This document shows, piece after piece, positions 33,177 to 44,487 of a DNA stretch of 64,000 bases (positions are counted from its first letter, which is position 1; each line of letters opens with the position of its first letter). Location of the stretch: NCBI GenBank assembly GCA_047285535.1, contig JBJBDC010000001.1:384136-448135 (forward strand), read 5' to 3'. The translations under genes were made by a program, and so were the position numbers. The notes under the pieces were generated by a model. That model was not told where the DNA came from and did not search any database. It saw only the letters and a program-made list of their open reading frames with translations. The stretch is from Synechococcus sp. GTDB taxonomy: Bacteria; Cyanobacteriota; Cyanobacteriia; PCC-6307; Cyanobiaceae.

Positions 33177-34712
33177 CTAAGCTGGTAAAGCCCATGAATT
33201 GAGTCCTAGATCAGCACCGATTCTGTGGCTGCAGGCATAGCCGCTGAATGCCACAGCATTGAGCCCCTGACCTGGAAAACAAGAATCACCGACGCAATAC
33301 AAGTTTTTCAGGCCGGTACGGTTGAAAGGCATTGGCAATAAGCCAGGGAGTTGATGGGCAGGGATCGGACCATAGCTACCTCCCATGCGACCAAGAAAGC
33401 GCCGATGTGTACGAGGTGTACCAATTTCCTTCAGCTCAATGGCACGACGCAAACCTGGTATTAGTGCTTCAAGTCGTGCGATCAATCGATCGGCATCCTG
33501 ATTCTTTTTCGTCTTGTAAGCCTGTGGAGACAGTCCCTTCCAGTGGCTCATATTGCTTTGGGTGAAAGTGTGCAGAATGTGATGTCCTTTTGGAGCGAGT
33601 GAGGGATCGAGTAGGGATGGCATTGAGACAAAGATCACCCCTTGTTCGGCCTCCATCTCATCCCAGTCTTCAAGCAAGAGGTGATGGCAATGAAAATTTT
33701 TGGGGACGACCGATGCATCGATGCCGAGATGCAGTGAAAGAAACGATGACGATGGCTGATAGCGCTTGCGCCACGTACGTTCTGAAGCTGGAGTGTGCTC
33801 GGGGCCAACCAGAGTGGAGGTTGCTGAGTCTTCACCTGCGAAGGTGTCCCAGCGGGTTGCGTTGCTGACGATCCGCTTAGCTCTTAATTCCTGTCCATCA
33901 GCAAGTCGAACACCAACAGCCCGACCATTCTCAATCAATACGTTGGTAACTCGAGTTTGGTAGCGGATTTCACCGCCTTTGTACTCAAGACCAGCCACCA
34001 GTTTCTCCGCAATAACACCCACACCTCCTTTTGGGTAATTGATACCTCCTGCATGCCGATCGGAAAACACCATCCCCGCATTGATCATGGGAGTGCGATC
34101 GGCGGGCATGACTGACCAACAGAAACATTCCATGTCGATGAGACGAAGTAGAGACTCATCCTTGATGTGCTTTTTTGCTACATCTCCAACATTGAACGGC
34201 AGCCATCGGGCTAACCCAAGGCAAGCCAGTGGTGCCTTGAAAAAAACTTTGGCTAGATAGGATGGATCTTCTAACGAGAGCAGCGGCATCGCATCTAAGC
34301 AGCGAAACACTTGCCAGCAGGTGTCGTAAAAAGCGCGAATACCTTTGGTTTCATGGGGAAATCGGGCACTCATTCGTGCAATGAAGTCGTCGTAGTTCCT
34401 GTCCACAGCCATCGAGAGGTCGTCGGGCAGGTGATATTCGAGCTGTACGGCATCGGGAATCGTCTCGCAGTGTTGCCCTACGTCAGCCAGTGCTCTGGTC
34501 AGCAGATTCGTATGTCCCTTCTCTCCAAAGCCAAAAATCATCGATGCGCCTACATCGAAGGTGTATCCCTTGCGTCGAAAACTTCCACCTGATCCGCCTG
34601 GAATCAGATATCTCTCAAGAACCAGTGTTTTGGCTCCTTTCGCAGCCAGTTGTGATGCTGTGACTAGGCCACCGATTCCTGATCCAATGACAATGACATC
34701 CCAGTTATCCAT
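33177..34712 (-). CDS. crtH: Carotenoid isomerase
   Basis: GSGIGG, FDVGASMIFG, GDSCFPGQGLNAVAFSG. Confidence 0.93.
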   Translation of the reverse strand: MDNWDVIVIGSGIGGLVTASQLAAKGAKTLVLERYLIPGGSGGSFRRKGYTFDVGASMIFGFGEKGHTNLLTRALADVGQHCETIPDAVQLEYHLPDDLSMAVDRNYDDFIARMSARFPHETKGIRAFYDTCWQVFRCLDAMPLLSLEDPSYLAKVFFKAPLACLGLARWLPFNVGDVAKKHIKDESLLRLIDMECFCWSVMPADRTPMINAGMVFSDRHAGGINYPKGGVGVIAEKLVAGLEYKGGEIRYQTRVTNVLIENGRAVGVRLADGQELRAKRIVSNATRWDTFAGEDSATSTLVGPEHTPASERTWRKRYQPSSSFLSLHLGIDASVVPKNFHCHHLLLEDWDEMEAEQGVIFVSMPSLLDPSLAPKGHHILHTFTQSNMSHWKGLSPQAYKTKKNQDADRLIARLEALIPGLRRAIELKEIGTPRTHRRFLGRMGGSYGPIPAHQLPGLLPMPFNRTGLKNLYCVGDSCFPGQGLNAVAFSGYACSHRIGADLGLNSWALPA

Positions 34713-34730
34713 CGAACGATGATCAATCCT

Positions 34731-35696
34731 TCAAGGCTGAACCTTAGGGGGCTCGGAAGGGGAGAAGGGTTGAGTTGCGGTCAGAATGACTTCAGATCTC
34801 ACTGGCATGGCCAACAGTTCTTGACAGCGCTCCTCAATTCGATCTCGTAGGAGATCAATTGCTGCTCCATCCATTGGCTGGTTGGGGTTGAGATACACGA
34901 CGACGAATGCCGTTCGGCCCACTTGCATCACAGTGAGGTCAAGCAGCCAACAGGACAACCCGGCCAGCAGATCTTCGAGTGTTAATCGGGTCCTGCGTAC
35001 AAGTTCATTTTCTGCGGATGCGCCTGAGGCCTGTCCGAGCGCGTTCAGAAAAGTCTGAAATGGTTCTTTAAAGATGACCAGACTGACTATCAACACCAAC
35101 AACGAATCGGTGATCGGACTGAGAGGTGCAAAAGGTGTGCCCTTCAGTAGCGGTGACCCCAACAAGGCGATGCCAGTGAGGCCACTGATTAAGGCGTCAA
35201 TTCTGGCAGCCCTCGCTTCCGTTAGTAGTAATTGAGACTGACTGCCAGAACGGATCCAGTCATGGTGATGGCGCCAAGCTAAACCCCAGCAGATCGCCAC
35301 CATGGACGCGGAGTAAAGGGCCACCGGTCCAAGCTTCACCATTTCGATGGTGCTTCCTCTGGCGTAGTCGATCACTGTGCTAAGGCCACTAATGGCGGCA
35401 AAGCTGAGCACACCGATCAAGACAAGCGAGCGAAACAGGACATACAACGCTTCTTGACCGTCATAGCCATAGGGATAGGCCCGATCGGGTGGACGCACCA
35501 CATTGCTGCTAATTCTCGAGGCAACAAGCCCTGATCCCACCATCACGGCGGAATAAAGGCCGTCGAGAAGAAGGGCATAAGACCCGGAAATGACATGCAC
35601 ACCTATTCCGGCAATCGCCATGAAAGCACTGGCGATAACACCCGTACGCAGTGACAGACGTTCTATTTGGCGATCATCAACAGGAACAGGAGGCAT
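34731..35696 (-). CDS. Cation diffusion facilitator family transporter
   Basis: [16 protein letters not shown], multiple TM helices. Confidence 0.8.
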   Translation of the reverse strand: MPPVPVDDRQIERLSLRTGVIASAFMAIAGIGVHVISGSYALLLDGLYSAVMVGSGLVASRISSNVVRPPDRAYPYGYDGQEALYVLFRSLVLIGVLSFAAISGLSTVIDYARGSTIEMVKLGPVALYSASMVAICWGLAWRHHHDWIRSGSQSQLLLTEARAARIDALISGLTGIALLGSPLLKGTPFAPLSPITDSLLVLIVSLVIFKEPFQTFLNALGQASGASAENELVRRTRLTLEDLLAGLSCWLLDLTVMQVGRTAFVVVYLNPNQPMDGAAIDLLRDRIEERCQELLAMPVRSEVILTATQPFSPSEPPKVQP

Positions 35697-37071
35697 AAGT
35701 CGTCTTGCTTTTTTCGATGACGCACTGCAGATCTGAAAGCGCTCTATCGCGATAAGCGCCATAACGTGCTCGCTTGTCTTTAATGCGCTCGGATAGTTCG
35801 GGCATTAACCCGAAGTTTGGGGGCATCGGTTGGAATTTTTCTGATGGTGCCTCACTGATGAAGTGGGATAGGGCTCCCATCATCGTGGTCCGCGGCAGCT
35901 CTATTGGATCCTGACCATGGACCAGGCGTGCTGCATTGGTGCCAGCCAACCATCCTCCACCGACAGCTGCGGCATAGCCTTCGGTTCCCGTAATTTGACC
36001 TGCTGCTAGTAATTTCTGACGTCGTTTGAACTGAAGAGTCGGTTCTAGTAATTCCGGGGACTTCAGAAATGTGTTGCGATGCATCACGCCAAAGCGCACA
36101 AACTCTGCTTGCTCTAGACCTGGGATCAAGCGCAGAACGCGCTTTTGTTCACCCCATTTGAGATTGGTCTGGAAGCCCACAAGATTCCAAAGTCTTCCGT
36201 CCTTGTCTTCCTGCCTCAGTTGCACCACCGCATAGGCTCGTTTGGCGCGCCGCACGTCGCGGTCTTTTACATCTCCCCAGCGTGGATCCCACAGTCCAAT
36301 CGGTTTAAGAGGCCCGTAACGCATTGTGTCTTCCCCACGACGCGCCAACTCTTCGATCGGTAAGCACCCTTCAAAAAATGTGGCGCTGTTCTTGTCAAAG
36401 TCCTTGAGTTCGGCTTGCTCAGCCTCGAGTAGGGCCGCTCTGAAAGCCAGAAACTGGTCCCGATCCATTGGACAGTTGATGTAATCAGCATCTCCCTTGT
36501 CGTAGCGACTGGCCCGGAAGGCCTTGCTCATATCAATGGTTTCACCATCAACAATGGGGCTGGCAGCATCGAAAAAATGACAATCGCCTCGGCCTGTAAA
36601 GGCACGTAGATCGTTGGCCAGTCTTTCACTGGTGAGTGGGCCGGTCGCCAACACTGCGATCTGATCAGGGTCCGGAAGGACCACGTGCTCCTGGCGGCGA
36701 ATGGTGACCATTGGATGGTCATTTAGAACTGATGTCAGTGCTGCGCTGTAACTCCCACGATCAACGGCAAGAGCTCCACCGGCGGGGACGGAGTGGGTAT
36801 CAGCCGTCTGGATCACCAGTGATCCAAGACGCCTTAACTCCTCTTGAAGCAAACCTGCAGCACGATCACTACTGAGAGCGCCAAAACTGTTGCTACAAAC
36901 CAACTCAGCAAACTCAGCGCTGTGATGTGCAGGCGACCGTTTGAACGGTCGCATTTCCCAAAGCGTGACTGGAACGCCTGCCTGTGCGACCTGCCAAGCC
37001 GCTTCAGTACCTGCGAGACCGGCTCCAATCACAACTACGGAGAGATTTTGGCGCAAGGACGTTGAGATCAA
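35677..37071 (-). CDS. trmFO: tRNA (uracil-5)-methyltransferase TrmFO
   Basis: [31 protein letters not shown]. Confidence 0.95.
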   Translation of the reverse strand: MISTSLRQNLSVVVIGAGLAGTEAAWQVAQAGVPVTLWEMRPFKRSPAHHSAEFAELVCSNSFGALSSDRAAGLLQEELRRLGSLVIQTADTHSVPAGGALAVDRGSYSAALTSVLNDHPMVTIRRQEHVVLPDPDQIAVLATGPLTSERLANDLRAFTGRGDCHFFDAASPIVDGETIDMSKAFRASRYDKGDADYINCPMDRDQFLAFRAALLEAEQAELKDFDKNSATFFEGCLPIEELARRGEDTMRYGPLKPIGLWDPRWGDVKDRDVRRAKRAYAVVQLRQEDKDGRLWNLVGFQTNLKWGEQKRVLRLIPGLEQAEFVRFGVMHRNTFLKSPELLEPTLQFKRRQKLLAAGQITGTEGYAAAVGGGWLAGTNAARLVHGQDPIELPRTTMMGALSHFISEAPSEKFQPMPPNFGLMPELSERIKDKRARYGAYRDRALSDLQCVIEKSKTTYASCSC

Positions 37072-37099
37072 TATCTGATTTCAACCCTATCGATGGCTG

Positions 37100-37222
37100 T
37101 CAGGCGCGGCTGCGTTTGATCATGAGCTGCAGCTGACCAACGGCTGCACGACCGATGTTGAATCCAGCCCAGGCGAGTGCCAGAAGGATCGGGGATGCCA
37201 CGAGCACGAGCCGAAGGTCCAT
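37100..37222 (-). CDS. psbY: Photosystem II protein Y (not in ORF track)
   Basis: MDLRLVLVASPILLALAWAGFNIGRAAVGQLQLMIKRSRA. Confidence 0.93.
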   Translation of the reverse strand: MDLRLVLVASPILLALAWAGFNIGRAAVGQLQLMIKRSRA

Positions 37223-37250
37223 GAGTCCACAGATAACGAGTTTGTGGATT

Positions 37251-37814
37251 TTAAGGACAGTCGGGAGAAGGAGGGATCAACAGTGGGCAGTCCGTTTGGT
37301 TTTGCAGCATTTGAGACCATTCAGCGGCTAACTCGGCGTAGTGATCTGCGTGCTCCCACTGTGCATCAACCGCTTCCTGGCTGAGCTCACGCCTTGCTTG
37401 AGCGGGCACTCCCGCCACAAGGGTTCTTGCGGGTACGTCTTTGGTGACGACAGCCCCCGCGGCAACCAGGGCTCCCTTCCCTACTGTCACGCCATTCAGA
37501 ACGATGGCTCCAATCCCGATTAGACATCCTGCCTTGAGCGAAGCACCATGAACAACGGCCCGGTGGCCAATGGTTACGTTCTCAGCGATATGGACGGGGA
37601 AACCAGGATCACCATGCAGAACAGCTCCTTCCTGCACGTTGCTGCGAGCACCGATATAAATCGCAGCCATGTCGCCGCGAGCCACTGCTGTTGGCCAGAT
37701 GCTTGCGCCTGATCTAACTGTCACATCAGCCATGAGTACTGCACCAGGAGCAACCCACGCGTCCGCAGCGATGCGGGGCTGAGGCCAAGGTTTCTTGATT
37801 GTCGTCTCAGTCAT
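37251..37814 (-). CDS. Gamma carbonic anhydrase-family hexapeptide-repeat protein
   Basis: [23 protein letters not shown]. Confidence 0.9.
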   Translation of the reverse strand: MTETTIKKPWPQPRIAADAWVAPGAVLMADVTVRSGASIWPTAVARGDMAAIYIGARSNVQEGAVLHGDPGFPVHIAENVTIGHRAVVHGASLKAGCLIGIGAIVLNGVTVGKGALVAAGAVVTKDVPARTLVAGVPAQARRELSQEAVDAQWEHADHYAELAAEWSQMLQNQTDCPLLIPPSPDCP

Positions 37815-37896
37815 GAAAGGGAAGAAGCAATTATTAGTCCTCTGGATGCCTAAGTGATAGCCTCCTTGGGTACCTGATTGGTATGTTCATTCGGGA

Positions 37897-37968
37897 GGGT
37901 CGCTAGCTCAGCGGTAGAGCACTCGGCTTTTAACCGATTGGTCCTGAGTTCGAATCTCAGGCGACCCA
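37897..37968 (+). tRNA. tRNA-Lys(TTT)
   Basis: GGGTCGC acceptor stem, anticodon loop CTTTTAA, TTCGAAT T-loop. Confidence 0.96.
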
Positions 37969-38036
37969 TTTGTTCAAAGCTAAAGTTGTTTTGATTTTTT
38001 ATAGTTTCTTGTAAAGGGGCTCCTTTTACTAAATCT

Positions 38037-38390
38037 ATGAGATCGGTTGCAATTGTTGATGACGATTCGAGGCTAAGAGAATTGTTTAAGCAAGAGCTGA
38101 TTGATGAGGGAGTAGAGCCAGTCCTTTGTTCAAATGGCCAAATTTTGCTTGAACTGCTGGATCAGCGACAGATCGATTTGATTCTCCTGGATCTAATGAT
38201 GCCTGTCATGGATGGGATGACTTGCCTAGGCCGGCTGCGCGAACGTTCAAATTCCATTCCTGTGGTGGTGGTGACTGCTTGTATTGAAGACAGCAAGCGA
38301 GTCGAAGCTGAAGCTCTGGGCGCCTCTGAGTTCATTCTGAAACCCGATTTATTTGATCTTCTTCCAGCATTGCTAGAGAAATATCTCTGA
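38037..38390 (+). CDS. Single-domain response regulator (receiver)
   Basis: IVDDD, LLDLMMPVMDG, VVTA, LKP. Confidence 0.9.
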   Translation: MRSVAIVDDDSRLRELFKQELIDEGVEPVLCSNGQILLELLDQRQIDLILLDLMMPVMDGMTCLGRLRERSNSIPVVVVTACIEDSKRVEAEALGASEFILKPDLFDLLPALLEKYL

Positions 38391-38414
38391 AATATATTCT
38401 TGCTTTTATTGATT

Positions 38415-39575
38415 TTACTTTAGGTGTGGAAATTTTAATTTTACTACAAGACCTTCTGCTGTTGATTTAAGGGGGTGGTGATTGGAGTGGCAACTGACTG
38501 TACCTTCTAAACCTTTCATCAGGCTTTTTACCAAAGCTAGGCCTAGGCCACTGCCTTCAGTATGTGCAGCGTTGCGATGCTCTTCAATACGAGTAAATCG
38601 TTCAAAGATTGCAGTCAAGCTTTCTTTGGTTTGAATGCCCGGGCCGTTGTCAATAAAATGAAGCTCAATATGGTCAATAGTTTCCTTGAATAGGATTTGG
38701 ACTGATGTTTCAGATTGGCTAAAGCGAATGCTGTTGTCGAGTAGATTGTCTAGAATGAGGTTTAAAGCTTTTTGATCAATTTGTACGTTGTTTTTTTTGA
38801 TTGTACTGTTTCTGCGAATCTGAAGATACTTTTTTTGTTCGGGATTAAGGGTGATCATCCACTGTTCTACGAACATTTTAAGATTGCCACATTGCATATT
38901 CCACGTATGAAGTTCCGTGTCTAATTCTGACAGCAACAAAAGGTTCTCAACTAGTTTCGCCATTCTTTTTGTTTCTTCATTGGCATCAGAGATGGATTGC
39001 TTTAATTCGCCAGTTAAATGAGCTTTCCGCTGAATTCGTAGAAGATTACCTTTGAGAATCGTCAGAGGGGTTCGCAATTCATGGGCAAGATGATTAATGA
39101 ATAGCCTTTGGGCTTGAAGTGCTTTCTCTAGTGGATTAAGATCACGAAAAATCAGGAGTGTGAACTGTTTGTTCATTTGATTGATTTGGCGCCAACTTAC
39201 CATCCTTTCAATGAGTTCTTTTTTAATAGAGTCTGAAGAGTTCGGAGTCAGAGCTTGGATTTGATAAGACTGAAAACCATCCTTTAAAAGCGCCTTTTGA
39301 AGAGGATGATTTGGTTCATTCTCTTTTACCTGCCTACCTCTGGGATGATAGAAGCGAATCAACGATGAAAAGGGTCGACCAACCATCTGCAATGTGATGC
39401 CTTGACCCCATAGATCTGCTGCTTGTTGGTTGGCCCAACTCACAATTTCCGATTGGTCAATGATGAGCATGGCTTCACCAGTTGAATCAAAAGCAACCCG
39501 CAATAATCCCAGGGATTGCCTCATCTGTTCGATCAGAAGTTGGGAATCTTCTTTTGGAAACTCTTCAACTGGCAT
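38415..39575 (-). CDS. PAS-domain sensor histidine kinase
   Basis: AHELRTPL, NLLDNSIRF, DNGPGI, GSGLGL. Confidence 0.92.
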   Translation of the reverse strand: MPVEEFPKEDSQLLIEQMRQSLGLLRVAFDSTGEAMLIIDQSEIVSWANQQAADLWGQGITLQMVGRPFSSLIRFYHPRGRQVKENEPNHPLQKALLKDGFQSYQIQALTPNSSDSIKKELIERMVSWRQINQMNKQFTLLIFRDLNPLEKALQAQRLFINHLAHELRTPLTILKGNLLRIQRKAHLTGELKQSISDANEETKRMAKLVENLLLLSELDTELHTWNMQCGNLKMFVEQWMITLNPEQKKYLQIRRNSTIKKNNVQIDQKALNLILDNLLDNSIRFSQSETSVQILFKETIDHIELHFIDNGPGIQTKESLTAIFERFTRIEEHRNAAHTEGSGLGLALVKSLMKGLEGTVSCHSNHHPLKSTAEGLVVKLKFPHLK

Positions 39576-39948
39576 ACGGGCCTTCCAGGGGCCTCAGCGT
39601 TGCCGCAAAGCTCCATTCACCGGCTGGCGTTCGTTCCGCCACGATAAAATGTTCACTTCGTATTTCATTTCCATTGCTGCAAATTGTCGCGAGCTCAAGT
39701 GGATGATTCACTACCTTTGATTGCTCTGTCAGTTTGAAGCGGGAGAAACCTGCATGATGCAGCTCGCGGAATTGGGGTGGAAGAATCATCCCGATGGTTT
39801 GACCGATCAAGCTATCGTCCCAGCCATAAATCAAGCTGAATCGTTGATTGAATTCAACCACTTGCCCTTGATCATCAGTACGCACGAAGGGCAGGTCGTG
39901 TTTCTTCCTTAATTCTTCGACCGCCCCAGGTGTCCAGGACTCTGGCAT
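39565..39948 (-). CDS. Stand-alone PAS-domain protein
   Basis: FN..F...YGW...LIGQ....ILP..FRE.H; overlaps the kinase start. Confidence 0.85.
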   Translation of the reverse strand: MPESWTPGAVEELRKKHDLPFVRTDDQGQVVEFNQRFSLIYGWDDSLIGQTIGMILPPQFRELHHAGFSRFKLTEQSKVVNHPLELATICSNGNEIRSEHFIVAERTPAGEWSFAATLRPLEGPYAS

Positions 39949-40024
39949 GCCCGCAAAAGCTTTAGGTCAGCTTAGGCATGATTTTCGTTGCATGCCAACG
40001 CGCTCCATTAAAGTAATTGAGAAA

Positions 40025-40098
40025 CGGGGTGTAGCGCAGTTTGGTAGCGCGCCTGCTTTGGGAGCAGGATGTCGCAGGTTCGAATCCTGTCACCCCGA
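40025..40098 (+). tRNA. tRNA-Pro(TGG); left border of island
   Basis: CGGGGTG acceptor stem, anticodon loop TTTGGGA, GGTTCGAATCC. Confidence 0.96.
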
Positions 40099-40131
40099 TG
40101 CCCAATCAACCAGTCCCCAGCTGGATTCTTC

Positions 40132-40156
40132 GCCACTCCAAAGGGTGGCTTTTTTA
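40132..40156 (+). terminator. Intrinsic terminator after tRNA-Pro
   Basis: GCCAC...GTGGC hairpin followed by T-run. Confidence 0.7.
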
Positions 40157-40918
40157 TTGCTTACGCACGCGTGTGTGGTCAGGGTGTGGTCAGAGCACAC
40201 GAAAACCCAGTGCTGACCACACAACTTTCCGAGCATCAGGACCAACCTCCCATCACCATTGCCATACTGTTTTCACCGACAAGAGCGATCGCGAAGGCTA
40301 TCCAATCCCGGGGTCGGTCTCTCCAAGCTCACCTTCATTAGTGAGTTTTCCGTACTGCCCCTGAGGGCGGGCTGATGGTGTTGGTCCTGAACACCTCAGT
40401 CGTGCCATGACGCGCTCTAACAAACAGGACAAATTCGCTCACAAAGCCAAGTTCACGACACGCATTGACGGTCAAAACTTCACTGCTGATGCGAACGATC
40501 GATGAGCTTGTGCAATGTTCCCTCAACTGGGATCCCCAGCAGATTCGTGTTCTGTTCAACAAAGTCTCTGGGATGACCGATATTATGTCTTTAATCTCTT
40601 CCTTATCATTCCTAATTGCCGTCCGATACCTGGCACTCTTTAATAGCTAGCTTCGCCACAAGCGGGGTTTTTTAGTGCGCTCTGATCGTTGTGAGCAATC
40701 GTTTGAGTAACTACGCGCTAGGAGCAATGAAGCCTCTGTTGCCTAACCGTTATCGGTTCTGTTCGTCTGACTTCAGAGTGTCCTGAACATCCCTAGGCGT
40801 GTAGATCATTAGGCAGATAGGTGAAAACGATGCCAGCCTAAACGGAGAAGGGTTAGTTGGCTTTGAGCAAGATCACAACTGCTCATGAGCGTGGTCATCA
40901 ACTGATCCAATCAATCAA

Positions 40919-41614
40919 GTGATAGTGAATTCAGTGAATCCTGAAGTCAATCATGAAAAGGTTTTCACGCCAATTCTTGCGCTCACTCTGGCAACACCTC
41001 TTATCATTGCGGAAAATTCTCAAGCAATAGGACGCCGAAAATGTAGAGGATGCTCAGGTAAAATAGCTATGAAAAATGTAAGCACTGGAATTCACCCTCT
41101 CAACGAATTCAGCACTCATCCAGTTTATGGTTCGCGAGTAAATAAAGATGTTCCCTGGATCACTCTTGCTGAAACTTCGGGGCGAGCATGTGACAAAAAT
41201 GCAACAAGATGTAGAAATAGAGCAACTAGCGTAATCATGAATATGTATAGCAATATCTGGGAAAAAAGATGGACTCACTCAACCGAAGGTGCTAGCAGCA
41301 TTTGGCCACCAAACAAGCCTGGTCGTCCTGTCGCTGGATTGCGCTGGGTGTCTTTCTACCCGCACATCAGGCAGGATTCTTTAAAAGACAGAATAGAAGC
41401 CGCTACATGCTGCAACTCGAGAGTTCCAGCAAACGGCCGCTATAAATTTAAAATTTCTTTTAATGTAAGTGGTGATAGAGGTTGTGGCGATTTAGTGGCG
41501 CCTTTGCGATGGCGACCATTTCAAGCCTTTGATAATATTGGACCTTACGGATATTTTTCAAAAAACTATAATGTTAATTGTAAAGATGTTCGATCAAGAG
41601 GCTTGTGCGGTTAA
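40919..41614 (+). CDS. Cationic Cys-rich secreted protein; probable true start ATG 40953 separated by a 1-nt frameshift
   Basis: Signal-like PILALTLATPLIIAENSQA, many Cys/Arg/Lys; CRP-like box upstream. Confidence 0.65.
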   Translation: MIVNSVNPEVNHEKVFTPILALTLATPLIIAENSQAIGRRKCRGCSGKIAMKNVSTGIHPLNEFSTHPVYGSRVNKDVPWITLAETSGRACDKNATRCRNRATSVIMNMYSNIWEKRWTHSTEGASSIWPPNKPGRPVAGLRWVSFYPHIRQDSLKDRIEAATCCNSRVPANGRYKFKISFNVSGDRGCGDLVAPLRWRPFQAFDNIGPYGYFSKNYNVNCKDVRSRGLCG

Positions 41615-41971
41615 TTGCCTTTCGGGTGAGCCCACAGTCAGCAGATGAAGAAACTAATTAGCACGTATTGATGCCATAGCGTCTCGACAAGCCAATTGTC
41701 ATTTGGGAATGAAGCCGAGGTCTACAAGTTTTGGCTAGCACTTGGCATTGAGCAGCTTGGAAGGGATGTGGCTGGTGAGGTCGAGTCGGAATGGATGGTG
41801 CCACTTTTAGTGCTGAGGCAGAACAGAAGTTTCTCTTCAGAACTAAACAACCCTTCCAGCCCATGTGCTGGTCAACCGAACTAATTTTGACGGTGTTTAC
41901 ACCAGGGGAAAGCTTGGAACCATTCACTTGTTGCATAACAATGTTTCTATGTAACAACGAACAACAACCTT

Positions 41972-42028
<57 letters not shown>

Positions 42029-42199
42029 CCTCACCCCACTCCTGAATGAAAGGCTCGATCTCTGGGATCAACAGGATGCCGCTCAAAGGGATGGCGTATT
42101 TCACAAGGCTCTCTTGCTTGAGCAACGCATTCGACAGCTAAGCAAAGAGATCCGTATAGCGATGGGCCTGGAAGAAGGCGTCCCTTTGGAGCAAGGCTG

Positions 42200-42478
42200 A
42201 TGAAACTCAGCAATGTGGTGGCGGAGCATGGCTTTGCTCCGTCACAGCTGGGGGAAATCGAGAATGCCAAGTTGTACCAACGTCACAACGACGATGGCGT
42301 GATGGAACTGCTCTGCGTCCAGAAAGTGGGGAATGTCATGCGGGTCGACCGTCAACCCCTGTTGGCGTTTAGCACCGAGGAGGCTCCGATTTTCCTTCCT
42401 GTTGGCACCGGAGTAAGCAACCAGATCGTCCCGCGGGACAACCTTGAGGACTATCTCCACACCACCCTTGCAGCTTGA
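42200..42478 (+). CDS. Hypothetical protein
   Basis: 92 aa ORF with ATG start, followed by a hairpin. Confidence 0.65.
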   Translation: MKLSNVVAEHGFAPSQLGEIENAKLYQRHNDDGVMELLCVQKVGNVMRVDRQPLLAFSTEEAPIFLPVGTGVSNQIVPRDNLEDYLHTTLAA

Positions 42479-42924
42479 AACACAAACGCCCCGACCAGCT
42501 TTTTTTGGTGGGGCTGCATCACTTATGCCCGTAAAGATCGATCCAATCAATTGAGCCCCAGCCCCCTTCCCTGAATTCGTAGCCGCGGCGCTGAAAGACG
42601 ACAGCGGGGAACACTCAGGTCAGTCACGTTTGACCCGTTACCCTTGACACCCGCATTGTCCTGTTCCTGATGGGAGAACTACGCGCCAATGATCCAGACC
42701 TCTTCAATCGATGGCTGTCTGGGGGCGTTCAAGACCTAGGGGAGCCAGTGGTGGTGGAGTTGCTGCTGGACTGGCTTGACCCGTTCCTGACCGTGGAAGA
42801 ATAGGACAGGCTGATGGCTTGGCAGTTAGGGGTAAGTCTCTAGGTCTTATGGGGAATAGAAAAGCAGTGATCACTATCCTTTTGGGGGATGCGTGGATTA
42901 TTCGTTTGTTCAGAGGCTTGGATA

Positions 42925-43116
42925 ATGAATCATTCAGCCGTCTTGGTCCTACTCCTGCTTGCGGGATGCTCTTTGAAAGCAGCGCTGCCGACTGTCTCAA
43001 TTCAACGTTGCTACTACGGCGATACTTGCACGACATCCTCAGGAGAGAAGATTCGACTGGCTTGCATTGACACCCCTGAATCGCTAAACCGCACCTCCTT
43101 GTTCGGTTTGAAGTAG
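42925..43116 (+). pseudogene. Truncated lipoprotein thermonuclease (SNase-like) fragment
   Basis: LAGC lipobox then CYYGDTCTTSSGEKIRLACIDTPE, ending abruptly; paralog of 44130. Confidence 0.75.
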
Positions 43117-43168
43117 TGACTTGCGTGCTCGGCAGATCTAGATCAATGGGGCCTCAGAAATTCATGCC

Positions 43169-43873
43169 ATGGCTTCCCGTACGGAGTTAAAAGAGGACGC
43201 TCTCAAGTTGCTGATTGGCATTCTGCAGTCAGCAAAGGATCCTGAACATATTTTTAAGCATGCCAAATACTTATCTATTACAAACAAGTCAGAGCTTCAA
43301 CAGCAAGCTGTCAAACAGCTCTTGGATCATCCACATCTTCAACCTCTAATTGAGGAACGATTTGCCATCCCATGGCCCTCACTCGACCAGATGAGTGCGA
43401 TGCCAAAAGGGAGTCTTGGTTTTTGTATGCAGCAAAGACAGAGAAGCCTGGGCATTGATCTGCTACCAATACCATCACCAACAACGGACAACAAGGAGGA
43501 TTATGTCTTGTATAGAAGCGGAATATGTCATGATCTCCTCCATCTCGTTCTAGGTCTACCGAACACTGTGGCTGGAGAAGCAGCAGCTAGCGCTTATAAC
43601 TCAATTACAAAAAAGATGCCACTCCACGTAGGAGCATTAGCTATGTGGTTAACCCACGGTCTCATTGAGCCAGAGGAGCATCGAATGATCTGGGAAGGAA
43701 TTTGTTTCGGAGCCAGAATTGGTTTTGATGGGCTTTTGTTAGATGCTTATCGATGGGAAGAGGGATGGGAAAGGCCATTAGAAGAATGGAGAGCTGAATT
43801 AGGTCTTCTTCCTCTACTGGAACAGTCTCCTTTTCAGGATGAAGTTCATCGCTGGGAGGTGCTTCCTTCCTAA
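43169..43873 (+). CDS. Coq4-like protein (copy 1)
   Basis: MPKGSLG, HDLLH...GE, YRWEE.WERPL.EWR.EL. Confidence 0.8.
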   Translation: MASRTELKEDALKLLIGILQSAKDPEHIFKHAKYLSITNKSELQQQAVKQLLDHPHLQPLIEERFAIPWPSLDQMSAMPKGSLGFCMQQRQRSLGIDLLPIPSPTTDNKEDYVLYRSGICHDLLHLVLGLPNTVAGEAAASAYNSITKKMPLHVGALAMWLTHGLIEPEEHRMIWEGICFGARIGFDGLLLDAYRWEEGWERPLEEWRAELGLLPLLEQSPFQDEVHRWEVLPS

Positions 43874-44129
43874 GAACTCAATCTCAACGCCTTAGCTTTT
43901 AGACACCTATCTTCAGTGGTCGCAGAAGGAGTTGATTCGCTATTACCTATCACTGGCACCAATCCAGGTTGTACAACCTCATCTAGTGAATATTGGTTGA
44001 TAAGATTTAAGTAATCGATGGAAGGATTAGAAGAGAAGGTCAATAACATTTTGGACACTTAATCAGTGACGCCGCCACCAAAATCCACAACTACGCCAAA
44101 GAAAAAGGCATTTTCCAGGAGGAAGACTG

Positions 44130-44468
44130 ATGTTTCTTGCTGCCCTTGCCTCTGTCTTTATCGCCTCTTGCTACGACGGCGACACATGCCGAACGAGCAC
44201 AGGAGAAAAGATCAGGCTGGCTTGTATCGACACTCCCGAATTGCGAGGCAAGCGTGCTGATCCAGTGCCAGCCAAAGCAGCCCGTGATTACTTGCGTTCT
44301 CTTGTTGTTGGTCGGGATGTTGGCATCAGGCGCATCACCAAAGACAGGTATGGGCGCACCGTTGCAGAGCTTTTTGTGAATGGCTCCAACGTTCAGCAGC
44401 GAATGGTGGCCTCCAGCCATGCTCAGATCTATTGGCGATACGCCAGCCAATGTCCTTGGACCCGTTGA
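44130..44468 (+). CDS. Thermonuclease (SNase family)
   Basis: YDGDT, IRLACIDTPE, DRYGRTVA. Confidence 0.88.
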   Translation: MFLAALASVFIASCYDGDTCRTSTGEKIRLACIDTPELRGKRADPVPAKAARDYLRSLVVGRDVGIRRITKDRYGRTVAELFVNGSNVQQRMVASSHAQIYWRYASQCPWTR

Positions 44469-44487
44469 ATTACACCCGCTAACAACA

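Noticed and set aside
40025..40361. ORFs overlapping tRNA-Pro (39947, 40041, 40069)
   Set aside because: Shadow ORFs across a tRNA and its terminator.
40338..40562. Possible integrase C-terminal remnant next to tRNA-Pro
   Set aside because: No HxLRH or catalytic Tyr pattern; the + strand reads better as a small frameshifted gene (MTRSNKQDKF...).
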